Of a stretch of DNA of 60,671 bases, positions 9,747-19,118 are shown piece by piece. The stretch's first letter is position 1. The number at the start of each line of letters is the position of its first letter. A model generated the notes under the pieces. The model ran no database searches, had not been told where the DNA came from, and worked only from the letters and a program-made list of their open reading frames with translations. The position numbers and the translations under genes are program-made. This DNA is from an uncultured Actinomycetes bacterium (GTDB lineage Bacteria > Actinomycetota > Actinomycetes > Nanopelagicales > Nanopelagicaceae), in NCBI GenBank assembly GCA_903832395.1, contig CAILBF010000149.1, forward strand, positions 1 to 60,671. The letters run 5' to 3'.

Positions 9747-9823
9747 CAGAGATCCTCTTTCGTCAAAAATAGGGGATTAGTTCTCGGAACCAATATGCTA
9801 CTTTTAATTAGTTAATTAGACGA

Positions 9824-9839
9824 TTGTGCTCTAGTACAA
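9824..9839. promoter_or_regulatory. Best-match putative PucR box over the pucR promoter (autoregulation)
   Basis: TTGT-GCTCTAGT-ACAA lies 5 nt upstream of the -10 TAGAAT (9845-9850), which is 8 nt from ATG 9859. Confidence 0.62.
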
Positions 9840-9858
9840 GTTACTAGAATCTACGTCA

Positions 9859-11415
9859 ATGCCAGATTCAAAGGAGAACGTGCTCAATCCAAAACTCACC
9901 GTAGGAGATTTACTACGACAGCCATCCTGGGGCTTAGAACTGCTCGCAGGTGCTGGTGGTTTGGATCGCACTGTGACATGGGCTCATCCTTCAGAGGTAG
10001 ATATTGTGCTCAACTACCTCGATGGCGGTGAATTACTCATGAGCACCGGCATTCTTATCCCACCAGAAGCTGGAGACCAAGTCGCCCTCATTCGACGAAT
10101 GAATGAAAAGGGTGCAAGCGGCCTCTCTTTGGGAACCAAGGCCCCACCTCTAACTCCAGAGTTGATTGCAGAGGCTGATGCCCTCAACTTCCCAATACTC
10201 AAGGCTCCAGTACCACTTGGTTACATGACGGTGACTAAATATGTAGCCAATGCCAATGTTGCCCAAACACAACAACGGCTTTTAACAGAGCTGCGCATTT
10301 ACGAGGTCTTAACACCTGGCCACATGCTCACCGCTCACCAAAAATTCTCTTTTCTCGAAAAGCTCACTGGTTATCGACTTCTCGTAGTTAATGCTCAGGG
10401 AACCACACTTCTGAGTGGGATGGAAAATGCTCCTCCTGAAATCTCACGGGAATCCCTTGCAGCTACCTTGGTAACGGAGAGCAATTTCTCTGTAACAATC
10501 GAGGGGGGGTTAATCCGTCCTCTTACTGTATTGGACCGTCGAGCCGGTTGTCTTGTAGCGCTACAACCTGCCGATGAAGAAACTAATGTAACGGCGTTGA
10601 GCTCTCTGCGACATGTGGAAGTAATTGCAGGTTTGGAGATCGCCGACCTTTACCGACGTCGAGAGATACGACGACGAGAGAGCAGTGAGCTTTTAGCGCG
10701 CTTCATCAACGGAACTCAATCCGCTGACCGTATGGCCTTCCCAAGTCGCAAAGGGGCAAATCGAAAGTTTGTCTTCGCGGGTGTAAAGGGAAGCTACGAC
10801 GGTGAAGCAACGATGGCCGAAGAACTGGGACATCGCTTATCGGATCGAAATATTCCTCACTTACTTTTAGAAGAATCCGATCACACATGGCTCGTGATTC
10901 CCTCAGGCAGCGAACACAGCTTGGCTGCTGTTCTAGTTGGAAGTGATGTAACAATTGGATTGAGTGGTGCACACTCAATGCTCTCTTCGGCATCAATTGC
11001 TCGCAGAGAGGCGTTATGGGCTGAGTCATTCGGTGATAGAGATTCCGAGTATTCAAACCTTCGCTACTTTGGCGCCGCCGGCGAGTGGGCACAATGGCTG
11101 CCTGCAGATCTGAATGCACTCACTGTGCTTGTTGAACAGGTACTAGGAAAAGTACAAGCCCACGATCAACTTGGCCGCGGATCGGATTTGATGGAAACTC
11201 TGCGTGTATTCCTGAAAAATGACCGCCGCTTACAAGTCACAGCTGATGAGTTGCATGTTCATAAGAACACTCTGACATATAGATTGAAAAGAATCGAAAC
11301 TTTAACAGATCGAGACCTCAATTCAACTGCCGATCATGCACAGATTTGGTTGGCTCTGCAAGCGGTGCAAATTGTTTCTGGCCTTATAGATTCAAAGCCA
11401 GACCTCAAAAGATAA
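9859..11415 (+). CDS. PucR/CdaR-family transcriptional regulator
   Basis: N-terminal purine-catabolism regulator domain (LLAG..GLDR.V.WAH.SE, LDGGELL) and C-terminal HTH (L.ETLR.FL...TADELHVHKNTL.YRL.RI). Confidence 0.93.
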   Translation: MPDSKENVLNPKLTVGDLLRQPSWGLELLAGAGGLDRTVTWAHPSEVDIVLNYLDGGELLMSTGILIPPEAGDQVALIRRMNEKGASGLSLGTKAPPLTPELIAEADALNFPILKAPVPLGYMTVTKYVANANVAQTQQRLLTELRIYEVLTPGHMLTAHQKFSFLEKLTGYRLLVVNAQGTTLLSGMENAPPEISRESLAATLVTESNFSVTIEGGLIRPLTVLDRRAGCLVALQPADEETNVTALSSLRHVEVIAGLEIADLYRRREIRRRESSELLARFINGTQSADRMAFPSRKGANRKFVFAGVKGSYDGEATMAEELGHRLSDRNIPHLLLEESDHTWLVIPSGSEHSLAAVLVGSDVTIGLSGAHSMLSSASIARREALWAESFGDRDSEYSNLRYFGAAGEWAQWLPADLNALTVLVEQVLGKVQAHDQLGRGSDLMETLRVFLKNDRRLQVTADELHVHKNTLTYRLKRIETLTDRDLNSTADHAQIWLALQAVQIVSGLIDSKPDLKR

Positions 11416-11424
11416 TTAGTTGTG

Positions 11425-11458
11425 AGTTAATATTCAGCAGTAGTTCGTGATATTAACT
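11425..11458. terminator. Possible bidirectional terminator between convergent genes
   Basis: Inverted repeat AGTTAATAT...ATATTAACT in the 51-nt gap between pucR and the CoA ligase. Confidence 0.4.
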
Positions 11459-11466
11459 AGAGCAAC

Positions 11467-12993
11467 TTATCGGGTTTTGGAAAGCCCTGACGGCCAATAA
11501 ATCTGACCAAGTCCGCGCTTATTTACTTTTCCCATCGCAGTACGGGGTAAGGCTTCGACAAAAACTACATCACGAGGGCATTTATAAATAGATAGATTCT
11601 CGCGACAGAAATGAATTAATTCCTGAGACGATACTTTTGCGCCACTCTTAATAACCACTACAGCGCCGGCAACTTCACCTAAATCAGTGTCGTTGATTGC
11701 AACAACAATTGCATCCTCTACGGCCGGGTGTGATATGAGAATATTTTCAGCCTCCGCAGGATAAATGTTAACTCCGCCAGAAATAATCATGTCGCTGCCT
11801 CGATCGGTAATGAACACATAACCATCATCATCGACATACCCAATATCACCGAGAGTAAAAACTCCAGGACGAATATGGGCAGTGCGCGTCTTCTCAGGAT
11901 CGTCATCATAAATAATGCCTATTCCACGAGAGTCCTCGAAGTAAAGTAGACCCTCTTCGCCGGCAGGAAGTTCGTGGCCCTCGGGTGAATAAGCGAAGGC
12001 ACGTACAATCGATCCGAGGACGCGACCGACGCTACCCGGGCGCTCGAGCCATTCTTTACTTCCAATTCGGCAAATAGTCCCTGACTCTGTCGCACCATAT
12101 GCATCTACCAGGACCGGACCCCACCATGAAATCATTTCACGTTTGATTGCCGGCGGACACGATGCTCCCGTGTGAGCGACATATCCAATTGATGAGAGGT
12201 CATAACGTTGGCGTACTTCAGAGGGCAGAGCTAAAAGTCGCGCAAAATGCGTTGGCACCATTACCGTCGCCGCAATTTTTTCAGATTCGATAAGAGAAAG
12301 TGTTCGTTCTGCATCAAAGCGACTTGGGATGACGACCTTCTGTCCTGCAAGTAGCGCACGAACACCTGAGATCGGACCAGTGTGATACAGGGGACCAACA
12401 ACCAGGTGCGATCCCTGTGTAAAAGGTAGAGCGACGCAGGCAGATATGTAGTCGCGCACAGTTCCAGGTAAGCCGAATTGATTTGTTATCTTGACCATCT
12501 TCGGCGTTCCACTCGTGCCGGAAGTAAACATAATGTAAGGGCGACATTTAATATCTAGATTGATGTCATCAGAGTTACCTTCAAGTAGCCATTCGCTCCA
12601 GCTTTTAGTCCCACTAGATACTGCCTCTGCCGAACCCCACACCACGACAGATATAGCGTGATTGCTCGCATACTCGATTGCACTTTGCGATCTTTCTGCA
12701 TCACAGATAATCAAGTCAATCTCAGAGCGAACCATAATCGAGACTGCTTCAGCGGGAAGGAGATGAAAATTAATTGGAACAACGCTTGCACCAGCCAGCA
12801 CTACTGCGGCATGCGCCATCAGTGCTTCAGGCCCATTTGCGCCCCAAATCGCCACACTCGCGTGTGCGCTTCCTCGGCGAATCTGGAAGACGGCGCGACG
12901 CAAACTATCGATGACCTCACTCCACAAGAGAAAAGTGTCATCGCCGACAATTGCTCGACCGTTGGGAAGATCTAAGGCGCGATCTAGAATCAA
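11467..12993 (-). CDS. Acyl-CoA synthetase (AMP-forming)
   Basis: FTSGTSGTPK, GPLYHTGP, YGATE, GDIGY.D.DGY, DMIISGGVNIYPAE and LPRT.MGK motifs. Confidence 0.92.
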   Translation of the reverse strand: MILDRALDLPNGRAIVGDDTFLLWSEVIDSLRRAVFQIRRGSAHASVAIWGANGPEALMAHAAVVLAGASVVPINFHLLPAEAVSIMVRSEIDLIICDAERSQSAIEYASNHAISVVVWGSAEAVSSGTKSWSEWLLEGNSDDINLDIKCRPYIMFTSGTSGTPKMVKITNQFGLPGTVRDYISACVALPFTQGSHLVVGPLYHTGPISGVRALLAGQKVVIPSRFDAERTLSLIESEKIAATVMVPTHFARLLALPSEVRQRYDLSSIGYVAHTGASCPPAIKREMISWWGPVLVDAYGATESGTICRIGSKEWLERPGSVGRVLGSIVRAFAYSPEGHELPAGEEGLLYFEDSRGIGIIYDDDPEKTRTAHIRPGVFTLGDIGYVDDDGYVFITDRGSDMIISGGVNIYPAEAENILISHPAVEDAIVVAINDTDLGEVAGAVVVIKSGAKVSSQELIHFCRENLSIYKCPRDVVFVEALPRTAMGKVNKRGLGQIYWPSGLSKTR

Positions 12994-14126
12994 ATCTGCA
13001 CCGTTGGCTCATCCAAAACCGCAGATGGAAGAATTAAGCGAGCAATCCGTTCTCGGTGGTACTCGGAGGTGTCGAAGAATTCGCGATAGACAACGGCACT
13101 TTTGAAAAACAAATGAGCATCAAGCTCCCAAGTAAAGCCCACTCCCCCATGCACCTGAATATTCTCTGAGGCAGCAAGCCATAGCGCATCTGAAACTGTG
13201 GAGCGCGCAATGCTGCTACGAACTTGATTACCGTAATTCTCTTCGCGGAGCGACGATGTAAGCGCAGCAGCGGCAGAAACAATCTCAACGTGCACATCAG
13301 CAAGAATGTGTTTGATGGCCTGGAATGAACCGATGGCTCGACCAAATTGCTGGCGCAACTTCGCGTATTCGACTGACATTTCAAGTGCACCGCGTGCGAT
13401 GCCTAACTGGCGTGCTGATATGAGTACTTCAGCCGTCCAGTTCATCTCATGCACAGCTTTGGAGACGGATTCTCCACGTGCCAGTACTGCGCCAATTGCG
13501 CCATTAAATTCCACTCGGCCCAAATCTACTGTGGAGTCAAGACAGAGCTGCTCCGTAATTGTGACGCCTGAAGCCTGTGCCGAGAGTTCAATTAGCACGA
13601 CGGCGCCTTCCTCATCTAGCGCTACGACCAAGAGTTGCCCGGCACGGTGTGCATCGATTACTCGGACAACTTCTCCATTCAAAACGCCACTGGCGTTATT
13701 GAAATTTACTCTATTGCTTTGTGCATCTAAATCATGAGTGATATCGAGAACCACTGTCACGATTGTTGATCCCGCACAAATATCTTTAAGCATCTCAGCT
13801 GCGGGAATCGATTCTGCTGCAATTGATTGTAAGAGCGGCACTCCAAGCATCAAGCTACCAACGAAAGCTCCAGGGACAATTAGTCGACCCGCCTCTTCAT
13901 GGAGAATCGCTGCATCGACGATGCTGCCACCACTTCCGCCGTACTCTTCACTCACGCCAAGGCCTAGAACTCCAAGTTCACGCGCCAATTTGCTCCACAG
14001 TTCTTGATTCCATAAATGCGGATTAGTAAGAGTTTCGCGAGCAGCGAATTTCTGCGCCTCGGAAGTAAAAAGATCGCGAAGAATTTCGCGTAGTTCTTTC
14101 TGCTCATCAGATGTACCGGGAATCAT
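12990..14126 (-). CDS. Acyl-CoA dehydrogenase, short (beta-type) subunit
   Basis: RQQFGRAIGSFQAIKH and IQVHGGVGFTWE motifs; coupled to the upstream ACAD. Confidence 0.88.
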   Translation of the reverse strand: MIPGTSDEQKELREILRDLFTSEAQKFAARETLTNPHLWNQELWSKLARELGVLGLGVSEEYGGSGGSIVDAAILHEEAGRLIVPGAFVGSLMLGVPLLQSIAAESIPAAEMLKDICAGSTIVTVVLDITHDLDAQSNRVNFNNASGVLNGEVVRVIDAHRAGQLLVVALDEEGAVVLIELSAQASGVTITEQLCLDSTVDLGRVEFNGAIGAVLARGESVSKAVHEMNWTAEVLISARQLGIARGALEMSVEYAKLRQQFGRAIGSFQAIKHILADVHVEIVSAAAALTSSLREENYGNQVRSSIARSTVSDALWLAASENIQVHGGVGFTWELDAHLFFKSAVVYREFFDTSEYHRERIARLILPSAVLDEPTVQI

Positions 14127-15370
14127 TATTGGCCCTCTTTTAAATTTTGAGGCTCTCGCGGGAGACCCAAGATGCGTTCGCCGATTGTGTTACGTTGAAT
14201 TTGCACAGAGCCACCGTAAATAGTCTTTGCCCTAGCCATCATAAATTGATCTTGCCAAGCATAGGTACTGTCGGGAGAGCCCAAAGGTTCGGGTGAAGTC
14301 CCGCCCTGACCGGGTTGACCCTCTCGCAAAATTCCATCTCCACCAAGAATTCGCATAGCAAGTTCGGTGGAAAGCTGGTGGTAGTGGCTCTCGTACATTT
14401 TAAGAATTGATGATTCAGCCCCGGGTTGCTCACCGCGCGCAGCACTTGCGATACTGGCGCGCCCAAGTTCGTTCATAATTTCGATTTTTGTGTAGGCGCG
14501 AGCGAGTTCTTGGCGAATTGCGCGATCATCAATAAGGCCATGATCTGCAGCAAGGCGGCATAGACGACGAAATTCAATTGCATATCCAACATATTTTCCG
14601 GCTGCGGCAGTGCTGCGCTCGTATCCGAGAAGTGCAAGTCCAATCTTTGCACCATCACCGGGCTTACCAATGATATGTTCTGCCTTTGTACGGGCGCTAT
14701 CAAGAAAAACCTCACAGAACTCGGTAGCCCCAGTCATAGTGCGGATGGTGCGCACAAGAACTCCTGGTTGTTCCATCGGCACTAATAGAAAACTTAAGCC
14801 CTTTGCCTTTGGTGCCTGTGGATCTGTGCGAACGAGAGTGAAAAGCCAATTTGCATGTTGGCCGTGGCTCGTCCATACCTTTTGTCCATCTACTACCCAC
14901 TCACCATCAGTAAGAGTTGCTTTTGTGCGAAGTGCGAACAAGTCGCTTCCAGCATCGGGTTCGGAATAGCCCTGCGCCCATCGATGTTCACCACTTAAGA
15001 TCCGTGGAAGGAAATAACGCTTCTGCTCTTCGCTTCCCCAAGCAAGAATCGTTGGGCCGAGAAGTGCAAATCCATTTGCATCTGATGCGGCAGGTAGTAA
15101 AGGCGCACCAACTTCGGTGAAGATGCGCTGAACTTCTGACTGATCCACCAAATTCATTCCGGCGCCACCATATTCCGTTGGCCACGATAGGCCCAGAAGT
15201 CCTGCATCTACGAGTTTTTTGCGCCAGGTAATTAAGAACTCTTCGCGCTCTTCACTGCTGAGTGCGCCTACTCCGCGCCAACCAACAGGTAACTCACGTT
15301 TAAGGAAATTCGTAGCCCGGCTTACAGATTCGGAGCCAGCTACTGACTTATTTGTCATCGCGTTCAGCAC
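14126..15370 (-). CDS. Acyl-CoA dehydrogenase, catalytic (alpha-type) subunit
   Basis: WAQGYSEPDAGSDL, GQKVWTS, YER (catalytic Glu position) and TIYGGS..IQRN.IGER.LGLPRE motifs. Confidence 0.92.
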   Translation of the reverse strand: MLNAMTNKSVAGSESVSRATNFLKRELPVGWRGVGALSSEEREEFLITWRKKLVDAGLLGLSWPTEYGGAGMNLVDQSEVQRIFTEVGAPLLPAASDANGFALLGPTILAWGSEEQKRYFLPRILSGEHRWAQGYSEPDAGSDLFALRTKATLTDGEWVVDGQKVWTSHGQHANWLFTLVRTDPQAPKAKGLSFLLVPMEQPGVLVRTIRTMTGATEFCEVFLDSARTKAEHIIGKPGDGAKIGLALLGYERSTAAAGKYVGYAIEFRRLCRLAADHGLIDDRAIRQELARAYTKIEIMNELGRASIASAARGEQPGAESSILKMYESHYHQLSTELAMRILGGDGILREGQPGQGGTSPEPLGSPDSTYAWQDQFMMARAKTIYGGSVQIQRNTIGERILGLPREPQNLKEGQ

Positions 15371-16223
15371 CGGACTTACCCTGCAACTTCATGCTTTTAA
15401 CATCCATTCCACCGATAATGTCTCCCGTTAATTCGGCATTATGGGCATGCGCTAAGTGATGTAAACCAAAGGCCGCATCCATTCCCGTTCGACGACCCAT
15501 AGCGTCGTAGGAAAGATTTACTGCCTTCTTTGCCAGCGTTAGTGCAAAACGTGGCATAGTTGCGATTCGGGAGCCAAGGTCTCGAGTGAATGTCTCAAGG
15601 CTCTCGCGCGGCACGATGTGATTAACCATGCCTAACTCATAAGCACGTTGTGCCGGAAAACGATCACCTGTAAATAAAAGTTCTTTAGCCGCTCGCGGAT
15701 TGAGTGCCCATGGATGATCGAAGTACTCCACTCCACTAATTCCCATGCGCACTGTTGGATCCGAAAAGAATGCATCATCAGAGGCAATGATGAAATCACA
15801 CGACCAGGCCAACATTAATCCGCCCGCAATGCACGCGCCTTGGACCATTGCAATAGTTGGTTTAGGAATCTCTGCCCAACGTCGACACATTCCTAAGTAG
15901 GCCTCTGACTCTCGCGAATAGCGCAGTTCGGCCGCCTCTCTAGTCGAGTGATCGAAATACAATACTGAGCGACGTTCAAAAGGTAGATGAGAATCTCGTG
16001 TTGGACCAATGTCGTGGCCAGCAGAGAAGTGCTTCCCATTTCCGGCAAGCACGATAACTGCAACATTGTCATCGTTGACCGCACGCTGAAATGCATCATC
16101 AAGGGCATATGTCATTGCTGAGTTTTGGGCATTACTAACATCCGGACGGTTCATTCGCACAAATGCAATTCGATCGATTACTTCGTACTCAACAATGCCC
16201 TCGTTTGAGAAGCTAGCTTCCAT
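15348..16223 (-). CDS. Enoyl-CoA hydratase/crotonase family protein
   Basis: NAQN, GKHFSAGHD, PKPTIAMVQG.CIAGG and FSDP.VRMG motifs. Confidence 0.9.
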   Translation of the reverse strand: MEASFSNEGIVEYEVIDRIAFVRMNRPDVSNAQNSAMTYALDDAFQRAVNDDNVAVIVLAGNGKHFSAGHDIGPTRDSHLPFERRSVLYFDHSTREAAELRYSRESEAYLGMCRRWAEIPKPTIAMVQGACIAGGLMLAWSCDFIIASDDAFFSDPTVRMGISGVEYFDHPWALNPRAAKELLFTGDRFPAQRAYELGMVNHIVPRESLETFTRDLGSRIATMPRFALTLAKKAVNLSYDAMGRRTGMDAAFGLHHLAHAHNAELTGDIIGGMDVKSMKLQGKSGAERDDK

Positions 16224-16296
16224 CGACAGGGACTTCCTCTCTCAATACATAAATGCTACTGATAAGCAATCACAACTGGCCATCGTCTACTTACTC

Positions 16297-17550
16297 TTAA
16301 TTGTTCACAACAGCTCGAACGCCGTCAGCGATCCGATCCACAGATTCAATTATGATGCCAATATCCATAGGCGTTGAAAGTGCAAAGCGAAGGCTCGGTG
16401 TGGTGAGAATTTCACGGTCGATGAGAGCTCTAAAAATATCCCGCTGCCATCCAGCCCCTGGCTTTGGGCTCAGGTTAACCATCTTAGAAAGCGATCCAGT
16501 ACCTAAAATGTCAACACCAAGGGGTTGTAATCGAGGGCGGAGCAAGCTCCGGAACTCATCGCTGAGATCATTTAATCGCGAAATATCACTCTGCTCGAAA
16601 TAGCGCATGGTGGCGCCACCGGCGGCCATAGTTACTGGGTTGCCGGAGAACGTACCTCCGTGAAAAACAGGTTTCTCTTCTCGAGGATCGAAAGCGCTCA
16701 TTATTTCTGTGCGTCCTACTACAGCCCCGACAGCAAAACCTCCACCAATGATTTTCCCGATCACCATAATGTCGGGCTCTATGTGGAAGTAGTCCACCGC
16801 CATTCCACGGACGAATTGCCGAAAGGAAACAACTTCGTCAACTATGAGTTTGGCTCCATGTTGCGTTGTGAGTTGACGTGCCAAATCAACATAGCTTCGA
16901 TCGAGCGGGTTTCCACCAGCGCGCTCTGGCATGAGGTCGAGCACAATGCCTGCAATTTCTGAACCTCGAGAATCCATGATGTATTGCAAAGCCTCTTTAT
17001 TGCCAACTGGAATAGTAACCGTCTCTAAACGCGCGCTATGGGCTACACCATTCATTAGTGATTCGCCGACTGAGGGCAACGCAGCATCGGCGCCACCGTG
17101 GTAAGCCGGACTCTGAAGAACAATAAGATTTCGCCCTGTCACGCCGCGCGCTAATCGCATCGCAACCATGACTGCTTCGGTCCCTGAATTGCTGAAACGA
17201 ATCTGTTCCGTCCAACCTATTCGCGATACCAGATATTCAGAATACTCAATCTCAATCTGAGTTGTTGCGCCGAAGCATGCGCCCGTACGGATAGCTTGCA
17301 CTGCTGCATCAACTGTAGGTTGATGAGCATGTCCGTGAATGAGGGAAGTAAAGTTATTATTGAAGTCGATCCAACTCCTACCGGTTTCCACCGTCACCAT
17401 GAAGCCACTACCGGAAATGATTCTTGGTATTAACGGGAATACTGCCGCGAGACTCCGCGATACCCCGCCTGGGAGCACAGCTAGCGCTCTGGAGTTCCAC
17501 TCTTCATCACTACGCTCTAGTGCTGATACGTGGGTGGCTACCTCACTCAT
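16297..17550 (-). CDS. Class III PLP aminotransferase (GSA-aminomutase-like)
   Basis: LPGGVSR, NSGTEA, YHG, DEVVSFR, GKIIGGG (PLP Lys) and HGGTFSGNP motifs. Start refined to ATG 17550 after GAGGGG. Confidence 0.88.
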   Translation of the reverse strand: MSEVATHVSALERSDEEWNSRALAVLPGGVSRSLAAVFPLIPRIISGSGFMVTVETGRSWIDFNNNFTSLIHGHAHQPTVDAAVQAIRTGACFGATTQIEIEYSEYLVSRIGWTEQIRFSNSGTEAVMVAMRLARGVTGRNLIVLQSPAYHGGADAALPSVGESLMNGVAHSARLETVTIPVGNKEALQYIMDSRGSEIAGIVLDLMPERAGGNPLDRSYVDLARQLTTQHGAKLIVDEVVSFRQFVRGMAVDYFHIEPDIMVIGKIIGGGFAVGAVVGRTEIMSAFDPREEKPVFHGGTFSGNPVTMAAGGATMRYFEQSDISRLNDLSDEFRSLLRPRLQPLGVDILGTGSLSKMVNLSPKPGAGWQRDIFRALIDREILTTPSLRFALSTPMDIGIIIESVDRIADGVRAVVNN

Positions 17551-17594
17551 GAACTGCTTCCCCTCTAATGTTGTGTTTATCAAAAATTATGAGT

Positions 17595-17622
17595 TCAGTT
17601 CTTGGTTTGAAACAAGAACTGA
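17595..17622 (-). terminator. Intercistronic stem-loop after the ALDH pair
   Basis: 10-bp stem TCAGTTCTTG/CAAGAACTGA with imperfect extension to about 17581-17634. Confidence 0.55.
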
Positions 17623-17644
17623 CCCACAATTTTGTACAGAATTC

Positions 17645-19087
17645 TTAGTCGATGTGGAACATAAGTGTCTGGGTCTGAGTGAATGAGCGAAGGCCTTCTT
17701 CACCAAGTTCACGACCAATACCACTTCGCTTTACTCCACCTGAAGGTCCACGGCGCTCCCAGTCGCTAGTTCCAGCATTAATTCGGACAGTTCCCGACTC
17801 AAGTGCATCGGCGACAGTCCAAGCCGAACTTAAAGACTCAGAATAAACAGCGGCAACAAGGCCATAGTCAGAGTCATTTGCTAGCGCGATTGCCTCTTCA
17901 AGAGTTTCAAATTTGATACATGGTGCAACGGGACCAAAAGTCTCTTCGCGCGCAATCTCCATATCATTCGTCACCCCGATGAGAACTGTCGGTTCGTGAT
18001 ACATACCATTGTGGTTGCCACCAGTTACGACAGTTGCACCCATGGACTTAGCCTGCTCAATATGTCGAATAGTTTTTTCGAGAGTCGACTTACTGACCAG
18101 TGGACCCATGTCGGTAGCGGGATCACGTGGATCTCCAACTTTGAGCGCCTTGGCTTTGGCGGAGAGTTTTGCTACAAACTCATCGTGGATGCCAGATTGC
18201 AACAAGATGCGTTCAGATGCTGTGCAGATTTGGCCAGCAAGGAAGAAGCAACCGTGAATTGCACGTTCAACAGCTGCATCAACATTTGCATCATTGAGAA
18301 CTATGAGTGGGCCGTTTCCTCCGCACTCAAGCAACAGGCGTTTCATACCTGCCGCACGAGCAATCGCTTCACCGGTTGGTGAGCTTCCAATGAAACAGAT
18401 GAAACCTACATTGGTGTGACGCACTAATGCATCTCCAACATCCGCGGCGCCGTAGACAATGTTAATTAATCCATCTGGAAGAAGTCCCGTGTCAGTAATA
18501 ACTTGAGCCATGACACTCGGTGAATAAGGACAGGCTTCACTTGGCTTCCAAACGCAAGCATTTCCAACAATCATTGCAGCAACCATGTTGAAGATCATTT
18601 CAACTGGGAAGTTGAATGGTGAAATAAATGCTCCAACTCCGATTGGCTTATGCATGACAACGATGCGACGTGACGGATGATCCTCTGAGAATGTCTGCTG
18701 AGTAACTCCGGTAAAACGCAACGCATCCTGAATAGCTTCTTTTGCTACAGGAATGGTCAACATCAACTCGGCCTCTGCACCAGCCGGAGTAGTACCTACC
18801 TCGGCTTCGATCCAACCCGCGATTTCATCTTTACGGGCCGCAATCGCATCGAGGACTTTGACCAAAATTTCAGCTCGTTGCGGAATGGAAAGTTTTCCCC
18901 ACTCCTTTTGCGCTTTTCGCGCAGCTTGCGCAGCAGCATCGACTTGGGCTGTGCTCGAATACCGCACTCGGCTTATGAGCTCACCCGTTACCGGGCTAAG
19001 TGTGTCTGCAAGTTGGCCCTCACCATCAACCCATTTTCCGCCGATTAGACAACGGGCAACAGGCACATCTGTGGAAGTATTAGTCAT
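17645..19087 (-). CDS. Aldehyde dehydrogenase
   Basis: PFNFP, WKPSE, LECGGNGP, GQIC and EETFGP motifs. Confidence 0.93.
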   Translation of the reverse strand: MTNTSTDVPVARCLIGGKWVDGEGQLADTLSPVTGELISRVRYSSTAQVDAAAQAARKAQKEWGKLSIPQRAEILVKVLDAIAARKDEIAGWIEAEVGTTPAGAEAELMLTIPVAKEAIQDALRFTGVTQQTFSEDHPSRRIVVMHKPIGVGAFISPFNFPVEMIFNMVAAMIVGNACVWKPSEACPYSPSVMAQVITDTGLLPDGLINIVYGAADVGDALVRHTNVGFICFIGSSPTGEAIARAAGMKRLLLECGGNGPLIVLNDANVDAAVERAIHGCFFLAGQICTASERILLQSGIHDEFVAKLSAKAKALKVGDPRDPATDMGPLVSKSTLEKTIRHIEQAKSMGATVVTGGNHNGMYHEPTVLIGVTNDMEIAREETFGPVAPCIKFETLEEAIALANDSDYGLVAAVYSESLSSAWTVADALESGTVRINAGTSDWERRGPSGGVKRSGIGRELGEEGLRSFTQTQTLMFHID

Positions 19088-19118
19088 CAGAATTCATCTC
19101 CTGTAGTAGTTGTTTCGA

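Noticed and set aside
16297-17550. Calling the aminotransferase hemL
   Set aside because: GSA-like fold, but catabolic context and no tetrapyrrole genes nearby
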